This document shows, piece by piece, positions 8,964-18,991 of a stretch of 64,000 nt of DNA (position 1 is the stretch's first letter; the number at the start of each line of letters is the position of its first letter). The position numbers and the translations under genes are program-made. The DNA is from a bacterium. GTDB lineage: Bacteria > UBA8248. The notes below the pieces were generated by a model. It worked only from the letters and a program-made list of their open reading frames with translations. It did no database searches and was not told the origin of the DNA. The stretch spans positions 2,592,001 through 2,656,000 of the forward strand of contig CBDBEV010000001.1 in assembly GCA_965204535.1 (NCBI GenBank). Direction: 5' to 3'.

Positions 8964-10184
8964 CTAGCCGTATTGCAGAATCATGCCGGTGATCCCGCAT
9001 TCGATGCAGCCGGCCACCTCGATGCAGCGTGAGTTCGCAGGCGGCATGACGACACCGGTGATGCCCTCTCTGTAGAATCGCTCGAAGGGGTAGCGCCGCG
9101 CGATGGAGCGGCCCCCCACCAGCCGCATCGCGTGCTGCACCACCTTGGCGCAGACCTCGCACGAGATGTATTTGGACTGCATCACGGTTTTCACCGTGTT
9201 CTGGTTCGCCATGCCGTCGCCTTGTTCTTTCACGTGGCACGCCTCGTAGAGGAGCATCCGCGCGGCCCTGAGCTCGGAGCTCAACTCGCCGATGCAGCTC
9301 TGGTACATCTCGTTGTGGCTCAGCGGTTCGGGGTTGGGCGGGTATTGCGTTGTTTTCACGTATTCGACCAGGTGATTGTAGGCCCCTTCCGCGATGCCGA
9401 GGTAGGCGGCGGCAAAGCCCAAGTGGAACATGGTGATGTCGATTTTCCCCAGCGCGCCGATGAAGTTCTCACCCCCCAGGATGTCCTCGTTCGGCACGAA
9501 GGTATCCTCGAAGATGATGTCGTCGCTCGCCGTTCCCCGCATCGACATGGTGTCCCACACCACCTCCACGGATGAACCCGCATAGTCCTTGTGGAGCACG
9601 GCGGTCATGATGGCCTCGGCGGCGGTCTTCTTCCCCTCCAGGAACCCGGTGGTGAAGTAGTAATCGGCGTGTTCGCCTATGGAAGCGGAAATCTTCCTGC
9701 CGCTCAGGCGGTAGCCGCCCTCCACGGGAGAGAAGATGGACTTGAGCGTCACGAGATGGCGGAAGCTCATGCCGCGTTCCGCCGTGACGGAGGAGAATAG
9801 CTTTCCGTTCTCGACGATGTCGGGGAGCACGCGCTTTTTCTGCTCATCGTTCGCCAGGGCGAAAAAGAGGCTCACGCAGGTCTGGTGCATGTTCCAGGTC
9901 AGCGCGGTCGAAGCGCACACCTTGCCCAGTTCGGCGAGCGCCATGTTGTAGGTGAGGGAATTTGCCCCCGAGCCGCCCCATTCCTCCGGGATGCACAGGG
10001 CGTTCAGGCCCGCGTCGGTGAGCAGTTTGTAGTTCTCGGTGGGAAAGCGGCCCTCGCGGTCGATCTCGGCGGCCAGTTCTTCCATCTGTGGCGCGAGGGC
10101 TTTTATTTTGTCGATGATTTCCTTGTCGTATTTCAAATCCATGAGCGTTTCGTATGACTCACTCGCCGCGGTTGGGGGACCCAT
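8964..10184 (-). CDS. Acyl-CoA dehydrogenase-family flavoprotein (YdbM/SfnB-like, possibly a monooxygenase)
   Basis: CASTALTWNMH, WDTMSMRGTASDD, AAAYLGIAEGA, ERFYRE...MPP; AGGAGG RBS favours ATG 10184. Confidence 0.8.
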   Translation of the reverse strand: MGPPTAASESYETLMDLKYDKEIIDKIKALAPQMEELAAEIDREGRFPTENYKLLTDAGLNALCIPEEWGGSGANSLTYNMALAELGKVCASTALTWNMHQTCVSLFFALANDEQKKRVLPDIVENGKLFSSVTAERGMSFRHLVTLKSIFSPVEGGYRLSGRKISASIGEHADYYFTTGFLEGKKTAAEAIMTAVLHKDYAGSSVEVVWDTMSMRGTASDDIIFEDTFVPNEDILGGENFIGALGKIDITMFHLGFAAAYLGIAEGAYNHLVEYVKTTQYPPNPEPLSHNEMYQSCIGELSSELRAARMLLYEACHVKEQGDGMANQNTVKTVMQSKYISCEVCAKVVQHAMRLVGGRSIARRYPFERFYREGITGVVMPPANSRCIEVAGCIECGITGMILQYG

Positions 10185-10554
10185 TATTTTCCTCCTGTTC
10201 ATCGAAGTGAATACCGCCTCACCTCGATCATCCAGACGGCAATCTACTGCAAGGGCCGAGCGAGAGGACGTGCCCGACGCATCCCGTGTTCAACTCATCG
10301 TCATCTCTCTTTCTTCTCTCAGGATGGTTCTTCACCCGCTCGCTCGTGCGAGAAAGTCGCGCCGTACGCGCAGGCACCCCCGCTCGCCAAGTGGGTGAAT
10401 GCCAATCCTGTCAGATGCCTCTCTGAGTTTGACATTGCTTCATCGAGGCATGTAATCTCCGCTGGGTTTTTCATACTTTAACCCATTGAGATAGTTCGCG
10501 CATCCACTGCGAAACAAGTTTGGTTCGTTATCCCTGGATTTTGGGAGATTTTCC

Positions 10555-11556
10555 ATGCCTCCCCGCATACTCGTCTCCACCACGCCGTTCGGCGAGATCG
10601 ACCCCAGGCCCATCAAGATGCTCGAAAGCGCAGGGGTGGAGTACGTGCGCAACACGCTGGGCAAGCGGCCGAACGAAGACGAGTTCGCCGAGATGATTCG
10701 CGATGGCTTCGACGCCGTCATCGCGGGTCTCGAGCCCTTCAACCCGAGGATACTCGATTTGGCGAAAGGGCTGAGGTTCATATCGCGCGCCACGGTGGGC
10801 CTCGAGACGGTGGACCTGAACGCGGCGAGGGAGAGAAACATTCTCGTTGCGAATACCCCCGGAGCCAACTCCGAGGCCGTGGCGGAACTGACGCTCAGCC
10901 ACCTGCTCTCGCTCCTGCGGGGCGTGCATCACTCCCACAACGCGCTCCTGCGCGGCGAGTGGCTCCAGTACATGGGCCGCACGCTCGATGAAATCACCCT
11001 GGGCGTCATCGGCGTGGGCCGCATCGGCAAGCAGGTGATACGCCACGTCTCGGGCTTCGGGACGAAAATCATCGCGGACGACCTCGCGCCCGATCTGGAA
11101 TTCGGCGAGCGCTACGGCGTGGAATGGGCCGGGAAAGAAGAGATCTACCGCCGCGCCGACGCCCTTTCCCTGCACGTTCCCGCCACGCCGAAGACGATTC
11201 ACATGGTGGGGGAAGACGAAATCGCGATGATGAAAAAAGGCGCTTTTCTCATCAACACGGCGCGCGGCGTCATCGTGGACGATGAGGCGCTCGCGCGCGC
11301 GTTGCGCTCGGGCCATTTAGGGGGCGCGGGGATCGACGTTTTCCCCGAAGAACCCTACCGGGGGGCACTCGTGGGCGCGCCCAACTGTATCCTCACCGCG
11401 CACCTGGGTGCACGGGCGCGCTCCTCGCGCCTGCAGATGGAACTCGACGCGACGGAGAACGTCCTGTGCTTTCTGGCGGGGGAGGCGATTCCGGGGCTCG
11501 TGCCGGATGAGGAATACGAGATGCAGCGCATCATCACCGCCGACGCGAGCGCGTAA
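10555..11556 (+). CDS. D-isomer-specific 2-hydroxyacid dehydrogenase (phosphoglycerate dehydrogenase-like)
   Basis: NTPGANSEAVAE, GVIGVGRIG, LINTARG, DVFPEEP, LTAHLG. Confidence 0.9.
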   Translation: MPPRILVSTTPFGEIDPRPIKMLESAGVEYVRNTLGKRPNEDEFAEMIRDGFDAVIAGLEPFNPRILDLAKGLRFISRATVGLETVDLNAARERNILVANTPGANSEAVAELTLSHLLSLLRGVHHSHNALLRGEWLQYMGRTLDEITLGVIGVGRIGKQVIRHVSGFGTKIIADDLAPDLEFGERYGVEWAGKEEIYRRADALSLHVPATPKTIHMVGEDEIAMMKKGAFLINTARGVIVDDEALARALRSGHLGGAGIDVFPEEPYRGALVGAPNCILTAHLGARARSSRLQMELDATENVLCFLAGEAIPGLVPDEEYEMQRIITADASA

Positions 11557-11596
11557 ACCGGGGAGGGGAGCCCCTCCCGAAAAATGGAGCCATCCG

Positions 11597-12361
11597 ATGC
11601 CCAAGACACCTGATTATTTCGCGGGAAAAACCATCATCGTCACCGGCGCGGCCAGCGGCATCGGCAAGGAGACCTCGCTCATATTCGGGCGCGAGGGCGC
11701 CAACGTCTTCTGCGCGGACTTGGATGAGGAAGGCGCCGCCGAAATAGCCGAGCGCGTTACGGAGAATGGGGGAAAGGGCGTTCACATGAAGGTGGACGTC
11801 ACCTCGCGCGAAGAAGCGTTCGAGATGACGAGGCGCGCCAGGGAGCGGTTCGGCCGGGTCGATTTCTCGCTCAACTCCGCAGGGGCGGCTCTCAGGCGCT
11901 CCGATTTTCTGGGGATAGACGACGACCTGTGGGAGCGGACGTTCGACCTGAACGTCAAGGGCGTTTTCTACTGCATGCAGGCCGCGATTCCCGAAATGCT
12001 CGAAAACGGCGGGGGCGTCATCGTCAACATCGGTAGCATGGCGCACAAGCGCGGCGGGCCGGGCCACTCGGTGCACTACGCGGCGGCCAAGGGCGCGGTG
12101 GTGACGATGAGCATGGGCGTGGGCCGCGAATATGCCGATAAGGGAATCCGGTGCATGTCCATATCGCCCGGACCCATCGACACGCCGTTTCATGACGTCT
12201 CCTCGGAGGCGCTCAAGGAGTCGATGCGGAGCCAGATACCGATGGGCCGCTTCGGCACTGCGGAGGAAATCGGCGAGCTGGTGTTGTTCATGTGTTCGGA
12301 TGCGTGCGCGTTCATGACGGCGGATACCGTGTACGTGAACGGCGGCGGGGGCTGGAAGTAA
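11597..12361 (+). CDS. SDR family oxidoreductase
   Basis: TGAASGIG, YAAAK, PGPIDT, VNGG; GGAG RBS before ATG 11597. Confidence 0.9.
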   Translation: MPKTPDYFAGKTIIVTGAASGIGKETSLIFGREGANVFCADLDEEGAAEIAERVTENGGKGVHMKVDVTSREEAFEMTRRARERFGRVDFSLNSAGAALRRSDFLGIDDDLWERTFDLNVKGVFYCMQAAIPEMLENGGGVIVNIGSMAHKRGGPGHSVHYAAAKGAVVTMSMGVGREYADKGIRCMSISPGPIDTPFHDVSSEALKESMRSQIPMGRFGTAEEIGELVLFMCSDACAFMTADTVYVNGGGGWK

Positions 12362-12389
12362 AGCGCGCGGGCAAGGACGGCCCTCGCGC

Positions 12390-12556
12390 GCCTGTTGGAA
12401 AAGCCGGAAAGGGAAAATTTGTTCATGTGTAGGGGACGCATATATGCGTCCCTGGTTTTCTCACCCACTGCAAGGGCCGCATGTATGCGGCCCCTACAAA
12501 ACCGTTCCCTCCCCGATCTAGTCAAACCTTCGTTCATCGGGGCTTTTTCAACAGCC
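12390..12556. mobile_element. MITE-like element with IS1182/IS5-type ends enclosing a REP doublet
   Basis: GCCTGTTGGAAAAGCC (12390) and GGCTTTTTCAACAGCC (12541-12556) form a 14/16 inverted repeat; GTAG...CTAC REP pair at 12429-12497; lies between convergent genes. Confidence 0.55.
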
Positions 12557-12570
12557 CCCCGCGCGCCGCA

Positions 12571-12795
12571 TCACCTTCTCGAAAAAAGATTCAGGAGCAG
12601 CGTCAGCACGATGCTGATCACGATGCAGGTCACCACCGGGAAGGAAAAGCTCCAGTTCTTGCCCTTCAGGTGAATGTCGCCGGGCAGTTTTCCCAGAAAC
12701 GGAATCTTGGGCGCCAGGACGAACACCACACCCAAGACCATCAGGATTGCGCCGAGCAGAATCAGCGCTTTACCGAAACCGCCGAATGGCTCCAT
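12571..12795 (-). CDS. DUF2905 family small membrane protein
   Basis: LGKLPGDI...FSFPVVTCIVISIVLTLL signature; usual neighbour of ruvB. Confidence 0.88.
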   Translation of the reverse strand: MEPFGGFGKALILLGAILMVLGVVFVLAPKIPFLGKLPGDIHLKGKNWSFSFPVVTCIVISIVLTLLLNLFSRR

Positions 12796-12810
12796 CTGCT
12801 TTTTTTCCCC

Positions 12811-13875
12811 TTAAGCGGACGTACCGGTTTCCTCGTCCTTCGCGGCGCCCTCCCAGAGTTCTTGCTGGGCCCCTTGGGGCAGCGCGACGCCCAGGTGCGC
12901 ATACGCCGCCGATGGCGCGCGCCTGCCGCCGCGCGTGCGCTGCACGAAACCCGCCCGCAGCAGGAACGGCTCCACCATGTCCACGAGGGTGTCCGACTCC
13001 TCGTTCATGGTGGCGGCGATGGCCTCCACCCCCACCGGGCCGCCGCCGTATTGATCGATGATCGTCCGCAGGTACTTCCTGTCCAGCGCGTCCAGGCCCA
13101 GTTCGTCCACGCCCTCCATGGCGAGCGCCTCGCGTGTTTTGGATAGGCTGATGGCGCCGTCTCCGCGCGCCTGAGAGAAATCGCGTGTCCAGAGCAGGAG
13201 CCGGTTCGCCGTCCGGGGTGTGCCCCGGCTTCTTCGGGCGAGTTCGCGCGCCGCCTCCTCTTCAATCGGAGCGTCGAGGCGCACGGCGCTCCTGAGGAGT
13301 ATCTGCACGAGTTCTTCTTCGGAATAGAAATCCACGTGGTAGACGAGATAGAAGCGCTCTCTCAGAGCGGCGGTCAGGGCGCCGGGGCGCGTGGTGGCGC
13401 CCACGGCCGTGAATATCTTGAGCGGGAAGTTGATGGTGCGGGCCATGGGGCCGCGGTCCACGACGAAATCCACCCGGTAATCCTCCATCGCGGGGTAGAG
13501 GAATTCCTCCACCGCGCTGGGCATCCGGTGGATCTCGTCGATGAACAGCACGTCGCCCTGCTGGAGACCCGTGAGGATTCCCATGAGGTCGGCCGGTCTG
13601 GAGAGGGAGGGGCCGGAGGTCTTGACGAGGCGCGTGCCCATCTCTTCCGAGATGATGTGCGAGAGCGTGGTTTTCCCCAGACCCGGCGGCCCGTGGAAGA
13701 GGATGTGGCCCAGGGGTTCGTTTCTCTTGCGCGACGCCTCGAGCGCAATCCGCAGCTTGGCCACCAGGTCGGTCTGGCCCACGTATTCTTCGAGCTTCGT
13801 GGGTCTGAGCGAGGTGAAGGTTCGCTCCTCCGCCGGACTCGTCGCCTTCGCGCTCACGCGCCGCTCGATGACCAT
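12811..13875 (-). CDS. ruvB: Holliday junction branch migration helicase RuvB
   Basis: LRP.KLEEYVGQ, GPPGLGKTTL, LFIDEIHR, SRGTPR, GGPVG, VEPFL. Confidence 0.98.
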   Translation of the reverse strand: MVIERRVSAKATSPAEERTFTSLRPTKLEEYVGQTDLVAKLRIALEASRKRNEPLGHILFHGPPGLGKTTLSHIISEEMGTRLVKTSGPSLSRPADLMGILTGLQQGDVLFIDEIHRMPSAVEEFLYPAMEDYRVDFVVDRGPMARTINFPLKIFTAVGATTRPGALTAALRERFYLVYHVDFYSEEELVQILLRSAVRLDAPIEEEAARELARRSRGTPRTANRLLLWTRDFSQARGDGAISLSKTREALAMEGVDELGLDALDRKYLRTIIDQYGGGPVGVEAIAATMNEESDTLVDMVEPFLLRAGFVQRTRGGRRAPSAAYAHLGVALPQGAQQELWEGAAKDEETGTSA

Positions 13876-13885
13876 GGTTTTCTCC

Positions 13886-14521
13886 CTACCGGCTCAGCCG
13901 GAAGACTTCCTGCAGGATGGCCTCGGCCTCCGCTTCCGCACCCAGTTCGGCGACGGCGCGCTCCACGAGGTTCTCGGCCTCGGGGGTGCGGTAGCCCAAC
14001 TGCCCCACCAGCACGGCCATGACGTCCCCGTACAGGGGCGCGGCTTCTTGACGCTCTGCAGTCGGAGGCGCGACCTCTCCCGCGAGTTGAAGCTCCGCGA
14101 TCTCCTCTCTGAGCGTCGAGATCACCTGTTCCGCCTTTTTCCTGCCGATGCCGGGCAGTTTGGTGAGCATGGTGGCGTTCGCCGCCGCGATGGCTTCCGC
14201 GATCTGGAGGGGGGGCAGGCTCATCGCCCGCACCCCGCTCTTGGGACTGATGCCGGGCACTTTGATGAAAGAGAGAAAAAAGGCTCTTTCTTCCGCGGAG
14301 AGGAAACCCACCAGCCGGGGCAGGAACTGGCCCGTGGCCACGTTTCCCTCCAGGTAGTGATGGGTGTGGAGTTCCACCGCCTCGCGCGCGCCCATGAGCG
14401 CCTGAAGCTCATGCACCGCGTATCCGCCCACCTGGATTTCATAGGCGACCCCGGTCGGCGTCTTCAAGATGACGCATTCGGCCTGGACGTCGATGATCTC
14501 GCCCGATATCTGTCGGATCAT
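13886..14521 (-). CDS. ruvA: Holliday junction branch migration protein RuvA
   Basis: GVAYEI, HhH motifs VPGISPK and LPGIGRKKAE, LGY C-terminal domain; between ruvC and ruvB. Confidence 0.93.
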   Translation of the reverse strand: MIRQISGEIIDVQAECVILKTPTGVAYEIQVGGYAVHELQALMGAREAVELHTHHYLEGNVATGQFLPRLVGFLSAEERAFFLSFIKVPGISPKSGVRAMSLPPLQIAEAIAAANATMLTKLPGIGRKKAEQVISTLREEIAELQLAGEVAPPTAERQEAAPLYGDVMAVLVGQLGYRTPEAENLVERAVAELGAEAEAEAILQEVFRLSR

Positions 14522-15051
14522 GCGCCGCTCCCGACCGCCTGAGCGCGCCTCAAGTGGCTGCGGTCGATGTGGCAGTACGCGGCGGCGATGGCGTCGGCCA
14601 CGTCGGCGGGTTCGGGCAGATCGTGCAATCTGAGCCGCTGCTGGACCATGTGCTGCACCTGCGCCTTCGTGGCGCGTCCGGCGCCGACGAGCGATTTCTT
14701 GATCTCCGTGGCCGCATAGCTGACCACGGGAACATCCGCCTGCGATGCGGCGAGGAAAATCACCCCCCGCGCGTGTCCCATGATGATGGAGGTGCGGGGG
14801 TGCTTGTAGTGGCTGTAGAGGTTTTCCACGGCCATGACGTGGGGCTCGTTCGTCTCGATGATGTGGGCGAGGTCCTTGTGCAGTTCATAGAGGCGCTTCT
14901 CGATGGGTGCGCTCGGGTCGTTTTTGAGGATGCCGCCGTCCACCAGGCTCGGTTCGTATTCGCCCTCATCGAGGCGCAAAACGGCGTAGCCCGTCACACC
15001 AAGGCCGGGGTCCACGCCCAGCACGCGGAATGTGTTTTCAGGTTGCGTCAA
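14518..15051 (-). CDS. ruvC: Crossover junction endodeoxyribonuclease RuvC
   Basis: LGVDPG, AVE, GHARGV, IKKSLVGAGRATKAQVQ, DVADAIA. Confidence 0.97.
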   Translation of the reverse strand: MTQPENTFRVLGVDPGLGVTGYAVLRLDEGEYEPSLVDGGILKNDPSAPIEKRLYELHKDLAHIIETNEPHVMAVENLYSHYKHPRTSIIMGHARGVIFLAASQADVPVVSYAATEIKKSLVGAGRATKAQVQHMVQQRLRLHDLPEPADVADAIAAAYCHIDRSHLRRAQAVGSGA

Positions 15052-15082
15052 AAGAAAACCCCACGGGCGGTGGGTTGTGCGT

Positions 15083-15832
15083 TTATGCGGATGCTTCCGC
15101 CATCTGTTCTTCTGAGATGTCGAAGTTCGCGTAGACGTTCTGCACGTCGTCGTTGTCTTCGAGCGCCTCCATGAGGCGGAGCATCTGCTCGGCTTCCTTG
15201 CCCTCGAGCTTCACCGTCGATTTGGGCAGCATGGCGAGCTCGGCCGATTCCGTCGGTATCCCGCTTTGCTCGAGCGCCTCGCGCACGGACTCGAAGGCAT
15301 CCGGCGAGGTATGGATTTCGAACAGATCATCGGTGGATTCGAAGTCCTCCGCCCCCGCTTCGAGGGCGAGTTCCATGAGCGTTTCCTCGTCCACGCTCTC
15401 CTGGGGGACGAGGAACAGTCCTTTTTTCTCGAAATTCCACGCCACGGCGTTCGGCTCGGCCATGGTGCCGTTGTTCTTCGTCAGTATGTGGCGGATTTCG
15501 GCGCCCGTTCGGTTGCGGTTGTCGGTGAGCACAGAGATGAGAATTGCCACCCCGTTGGGGCCGTAGCCCTCATAGGCGCATTCCTCGTAGTTCACGCCTT
15601 CGAGGTCGCCCGTCCCCTTGGCGATGGCGCGCGCGATGTTGTCCTGGGGCATGTTGGCCCCTTTCGCCGTCTGAATCGCCGTGCGCAACCGGGGGTTGCC
15701 GTCGGGGTCTCCCCCGCCGAGCCGGGCCGCGATGGTGATCTCCTTGATGAGTTTCGTGAAAATCTTGCCGCGCTTGGCGTCGAGTGCGCCTTTTTTCCGC
15801 TTGATGGTGCTCCATTTGGAATGACCGGACAT
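15083..15832 (-). CDS. yebC: YebC/PmpR family protein
   Basis: [40 protein letters not shown]. Confidence 0.97.
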   Translation of the reverse strand: MSGHSKWSTIKRKKGALDAKRGKIFTKLIKEITIAARLGGGDPDGNPRLRTAIQTAKGANMPQDNIARAIAKGTGDLEGVNYEECAYEGYGPNGVAILISVLTDNRNRTGAEIRHILTKNNGTMAEPNAVAWNFEKKGLFLVPQESVDEETLMELALEAGAEDFESTDDLFEIHTSPDAFESVREALEQSGIPTESAELAMLPKSTVKLEGKEAEQMLRLMEALEDNDDVQNVYANFDISEEQMAEASA

Positions 15833-16073
15833 GACGGATCCTCCTGCGATTCACCTGCGGTGGGTTCCATCCCTCTCCATCCGAAGGGCATTCGTCTTCA
15901 TGAGGCATTCTGACTATAATTTCTAGCATGGGGGGCGATGGGAGTAAAGACTTGGGCCTGCCGGGCCCGGTCTCGCATAGCCCCGCGTGGACACCTTGGT
16001 GATGGGGTGATATTTTTTCGCCAGACGTTTCCGGGGAGGATGAGTTCTGGGCTCTCAAAAGAGTGTATCATCG

Positions 16074-17036
16074 ATGAATCCCGTCGAAAGAGGTGAACGG
16101 ACCCTTCGGATCGAGGCCGAGGCGCTCGCCGGGCTCATCGAGCGGCTGGACGAGGGGTTCATCCAGGCGGTCGATATCGTTCTGGGGTGTAAGGGCAAGG
16201 TCGCGGTCACCGGCATGGGGAAGAGCGGGCTGATCGGGCAGAAGATATCCGCCACTCTCGCGAGTACGGGCACGCCCTCTTATTTTCTGCATCCCGCCGA
16301 GGGCGTCCACGGCGATTTGGGCATGGTGACGAAAGACGACGCCGTCGTCGCGCTCTCCTACAGCGGCGAGACGGACGAGGTGGTGCGCATCCTGCCCGTC
16401 TTCGCCCGCCTGGGGACACCGCTCATCGCCATCACCGGGACCGAGAACTCCACGCTTTGGCGCGCGGCGCAGGCCGTGCTGAACATTCACGTGAAAGAAG
16501 AAGCCTGCCCGATTCAGCTTGCGCCGACGGCGAGCAGCACCGCCGCCCTGGCGATGGGAGATGCGCTCGCGATGGCCGTTCTGGAGGCGCGGGGGTTTCA
16601 GCCCGAGGATTTCGCGCGTTTTCATCCCGGCGGGGTTTTGGGGAAGAAGCTCATTCGTGTGAAAGAGTTGATGGTCACGGGCGATAACATCCCGCAAGTA
16701 GAAGAAGGAGCATCCCTGGCTCAGGTCGTGCGCGAGATGAGCGCCAAGAGGCTGGGGATGACGTGCGTGACGGGTCCCGGGCAGGAACTGCGTGGCGTCG
16801 TCACGGACGGGGACTTGAGGCGCGCGATGGAGAACACCGAAGCGCTGCCCGATTTGAAGGCCGCTGATTTGATGACGTCCGCTCCGAAGACGATCGACCA
16901 GGACGAGATGGCCGCCGCCGCGGTTCAGGTGATGGAGGCGGGCGCCATCACGTGCCTGGCGGTCACCGCCGGCGCAGATGGACGCTTGGCGGGCGTGCTG
17001 CATCTGCACCATCTGTTGCGCGCAGGCGTGGTGTAA
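16074..17036 (+). CDS. kdsD: KpsF/GutQ family arabinose-5-phosphate isomerase (SIS + 2 CBS)
   Basis: GMGKSG, STGTP, HPAEGVHGDLG, EACP..LAPTAS, FHPGG.LG, TDGDLRR. Confidence 0.93.
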   Translation: MNPVERGERTLRIEAEALAGLIERLDEGFIQAVDIVLGCKGKVAVTGMGKSGLIGQKISATLASTGTPSYFLHPAEGVHGDLGMVTKDDAVVALSYSGETDEVVRILPVFARLGTPLIAITGTENSTLWRAAQAVLNIHVKEEACPIQLAPTASSTAALAMGDALAMAVLEARGFQPEDFARFHPGGVLGKKLIRVKELMVTGDNIPQVEEGASLAQVVREMSAKRLGMTCVTGPGQELRGVVTDGDLRRAMENTEALPDLKAADLMTSAPKTIDQDEMAAAAVQVMEAGAITCLAVTAGADGRLAGVLHLHHLLRAGVV

Positions 17037-17093
17037 GCGCTTTCCCCTCAGGCTGAATCCTCGAATCATCCGGGCGCGGCATCGGCTCGTCCC

Positions 17094-17837
17094 TCACTTC
17101 CACCCCGAAGGCCCGAAAATCAAAAGACACAGCGCTGCGGCTATCATCAACCCCAGGCCAAGCGTGAAGCCGATGGCGGGCGGGATGCGTCCGCGAAGCA
17201 GCCTGCCCAGCAGGAATCCGGCGGCGGCCGGCAGAATCGATACGGCGGAGCGCGCCGATTCAAAGGCTCCCAGCGCGCCCGAGCCGCTCAGGATGGCAAT
17301 CTGAACGCTCGCGAACACAAGTGCTGCGGTGTAGGTGAGCCGCATCATCCGGGCGCGTCCCGCGCCCGTGCTGTCGAGATACATGATGCTGATGGGGTTG
17401 CCCGCGTATGAAAAGCCGCTCAGTCCGCCCGCGAAGAACCCGGCCAGATAGGTGAAGAAGGTCTCATCGCGCATGTCGAGTTGGACTCTCTGCCGCGAGA
17501 TGCTGTAGACGGCGAACAACAGGACGAGGACGCCCACCGACCACTTGAGGAACGTGGGTGGGCTGGCGAGCAGGGTCAGGGCGCCCACGGCGGCGCCCGC
17601 CGCGCCCGCGCCCAGGAAAGGCATGAGGCGTTTGAGAGATGCGGTAGGAACGCCGCCTCCGATCGCGCGAATCGCCATGAGGATCAGGTTCGGCAGCGAT
17701 AGGGTGAGCACCGAATCGCGCACCCCGATGAGAGCGCCCAGCGCAGGCGTCGCCAGGAGGCCGAAGTCTATCCCTGCGGCTCCCTCGAGGAAGGCTGCTG
17801 CGAAGACGAGAAGCGTGATATCCCAGGTAGGCCACAT
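17094..17837 (-). CDS. TauE/SafE family (sulfite exporter-like) membrane protein
   Basis: ~8 hydrophobic segments; G..G..FGL.ATP.L N-terminal motif; GFFAGGLSG repeat. Confidence 0.7.
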   Translation of the reverse strand: MWPTWDITLLVFAAAFLEGAAGIDFGLLATPALGALIGVRDSVLTLSLPNLILMAIRAIGGGVPTASLKRLMPFLGAGAAGAAVGALTLLASPPTFLKWSVGVLVLLFAVYSISRQRVQLDMRDETFFTYLAGFFAGGLSGFSYAGNPISIMYLDSTGAGRARMMRLTYTAALVFASVQIAILSGSGALGAFESARSAVSILPAAAGFLLGRLLRGRIPPAIGFTLGLGLMIAAALCLLIFGPSGWK

Positions 17838-17855
17838 CGGTTCGGGTGAGTCCGC

Positions 17856-18854
17856 TTAGAGGTTCAGCAGGCGCTGGATGTTCTTGTGCGAGACGTTCTC
17901 GTATTCTTCCTGGCTCAGTCCCGACCCCCTGAGCGTTTCGACCGCCTCGGTGTCCGTCATGTCGTAGGGCAAATCCGTGCCCAGCACGACCCGGTCTCCC
18001 CCCATCACGTCCACCAGGAAGCGCACGACGGGCGGATGAAACACCAGCATGTCCAGATAGAAGTTTGAGCGCAGATATTCCAGCGGCGGACGCGATATTT
18101 TCTTGCACTCGGGCCGCACCTTCCAGCCGTGGGCGAAGCGGCCGACCAGATAGGGCGCGGTTCCCCCGCCGTGCAGGAAGATGAAGGTCAGGTTCGGCAG
18201 CCTGTCGAAAATGCCGGAGAAGATGAGCCGTCCGATGCTGTTCGCGCTTTCCGTGGGGAAGCCGACGAGGTTGAACAGGTGGTATTCCTTCATCTGCGCC
18301 GCACCCGCCGGGTTGGCCGGATGAACGATGATGGGCACGTCCATGCCGGCCGCCGCCTCGTAGATGGGGTAGAAACGCTCATCGTCGAGATACCTGCCGT
18401 TCACGTTCGTGCTGAGAAAACCTCCCTTGAGGCCCAGCTTGTTGACGGAGCGTTCGAGTTCTTTGACGGAAAGCTCGGTGTTCTGCGCGGGCAGGGAGGC
18501 CAGGCCATGAAATTTCGTGGGGTGTTTCTCGATGATGTCGGCGTAGGCGTCGTTCGCCGCCCGGCAGAGTTCATCGGCCAGGCCGTCGTCCGCCCAGTAG
18601 CAGCCCGGGTTCGACGAGAAGGAGAGTATGTTCATGTCCAGGTTCATCTCGTCCATGGTTTTGAGCCTTAAGTCCACGTTGGTGAAAGGCTCGATGGGCG
18701 GGTGCATCATGCCCTTGATGTCCACGATGCGCTCGCCTTCCGCGTTCGTTACGAGCTTGACGCCGTAGCGCGGGCCCTCTTTTTCCAGGATTTCGAAGTA
18801 TTCGTCCGGGTATATGTGGCAATGAGCGTCGATGTGCATTCTCGTTATCTCCAT
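17856..18854 (-). CDS. Amidohydrolase-2 family protein (ACMSD-like decarboxylase/hydratase)
   Basis: IDAHCH, IIVHP, FLHGGG, LGTDLPY metal-ligand motifs. Confidence 0.88.
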   Translation of the reverse strand: MEITRMHIDAHCHIYPDEYFEILEKEGPRYGVKLVTNAEGERIVDIKGMMHPPIEPFTNVDLRLKTMDEMNLDMNILSFSSNPGCYWADDGLADELCRAANDAYADIIEKHPTKFHGLASLPAQNTELSVKELERSVNKLGLKGGFLSTNVNGRYLDDERFYPIYEAAAGMDVPIIVHPANPAGAAQMKEYHLFNLVGFPTESANSIGRLIFSGIFDRLPNLTFIFLHGGGTAPYLVGRFAHGWKVRPECKKISRPPLEYLRSNFYLDMLVFHPPVVRFLVDVMGGDRVVLGTDLPYDMTDTEAVETLRGSGLSQEEYENVSHKNIQRLLNL

Positions 18855-18991
18855 GAGTAGAAGGGCCGACCCGGATTGTTAGCACCCGTGAACAAGGGGT
18901 GTCAATGATGAGGCGTCATCCCACCGGTGAGGTGCGGACAAGGTGTATAGGATGAGTTTTGAAGTCTTCTGTGCTGTGAATGGCCGAAATT

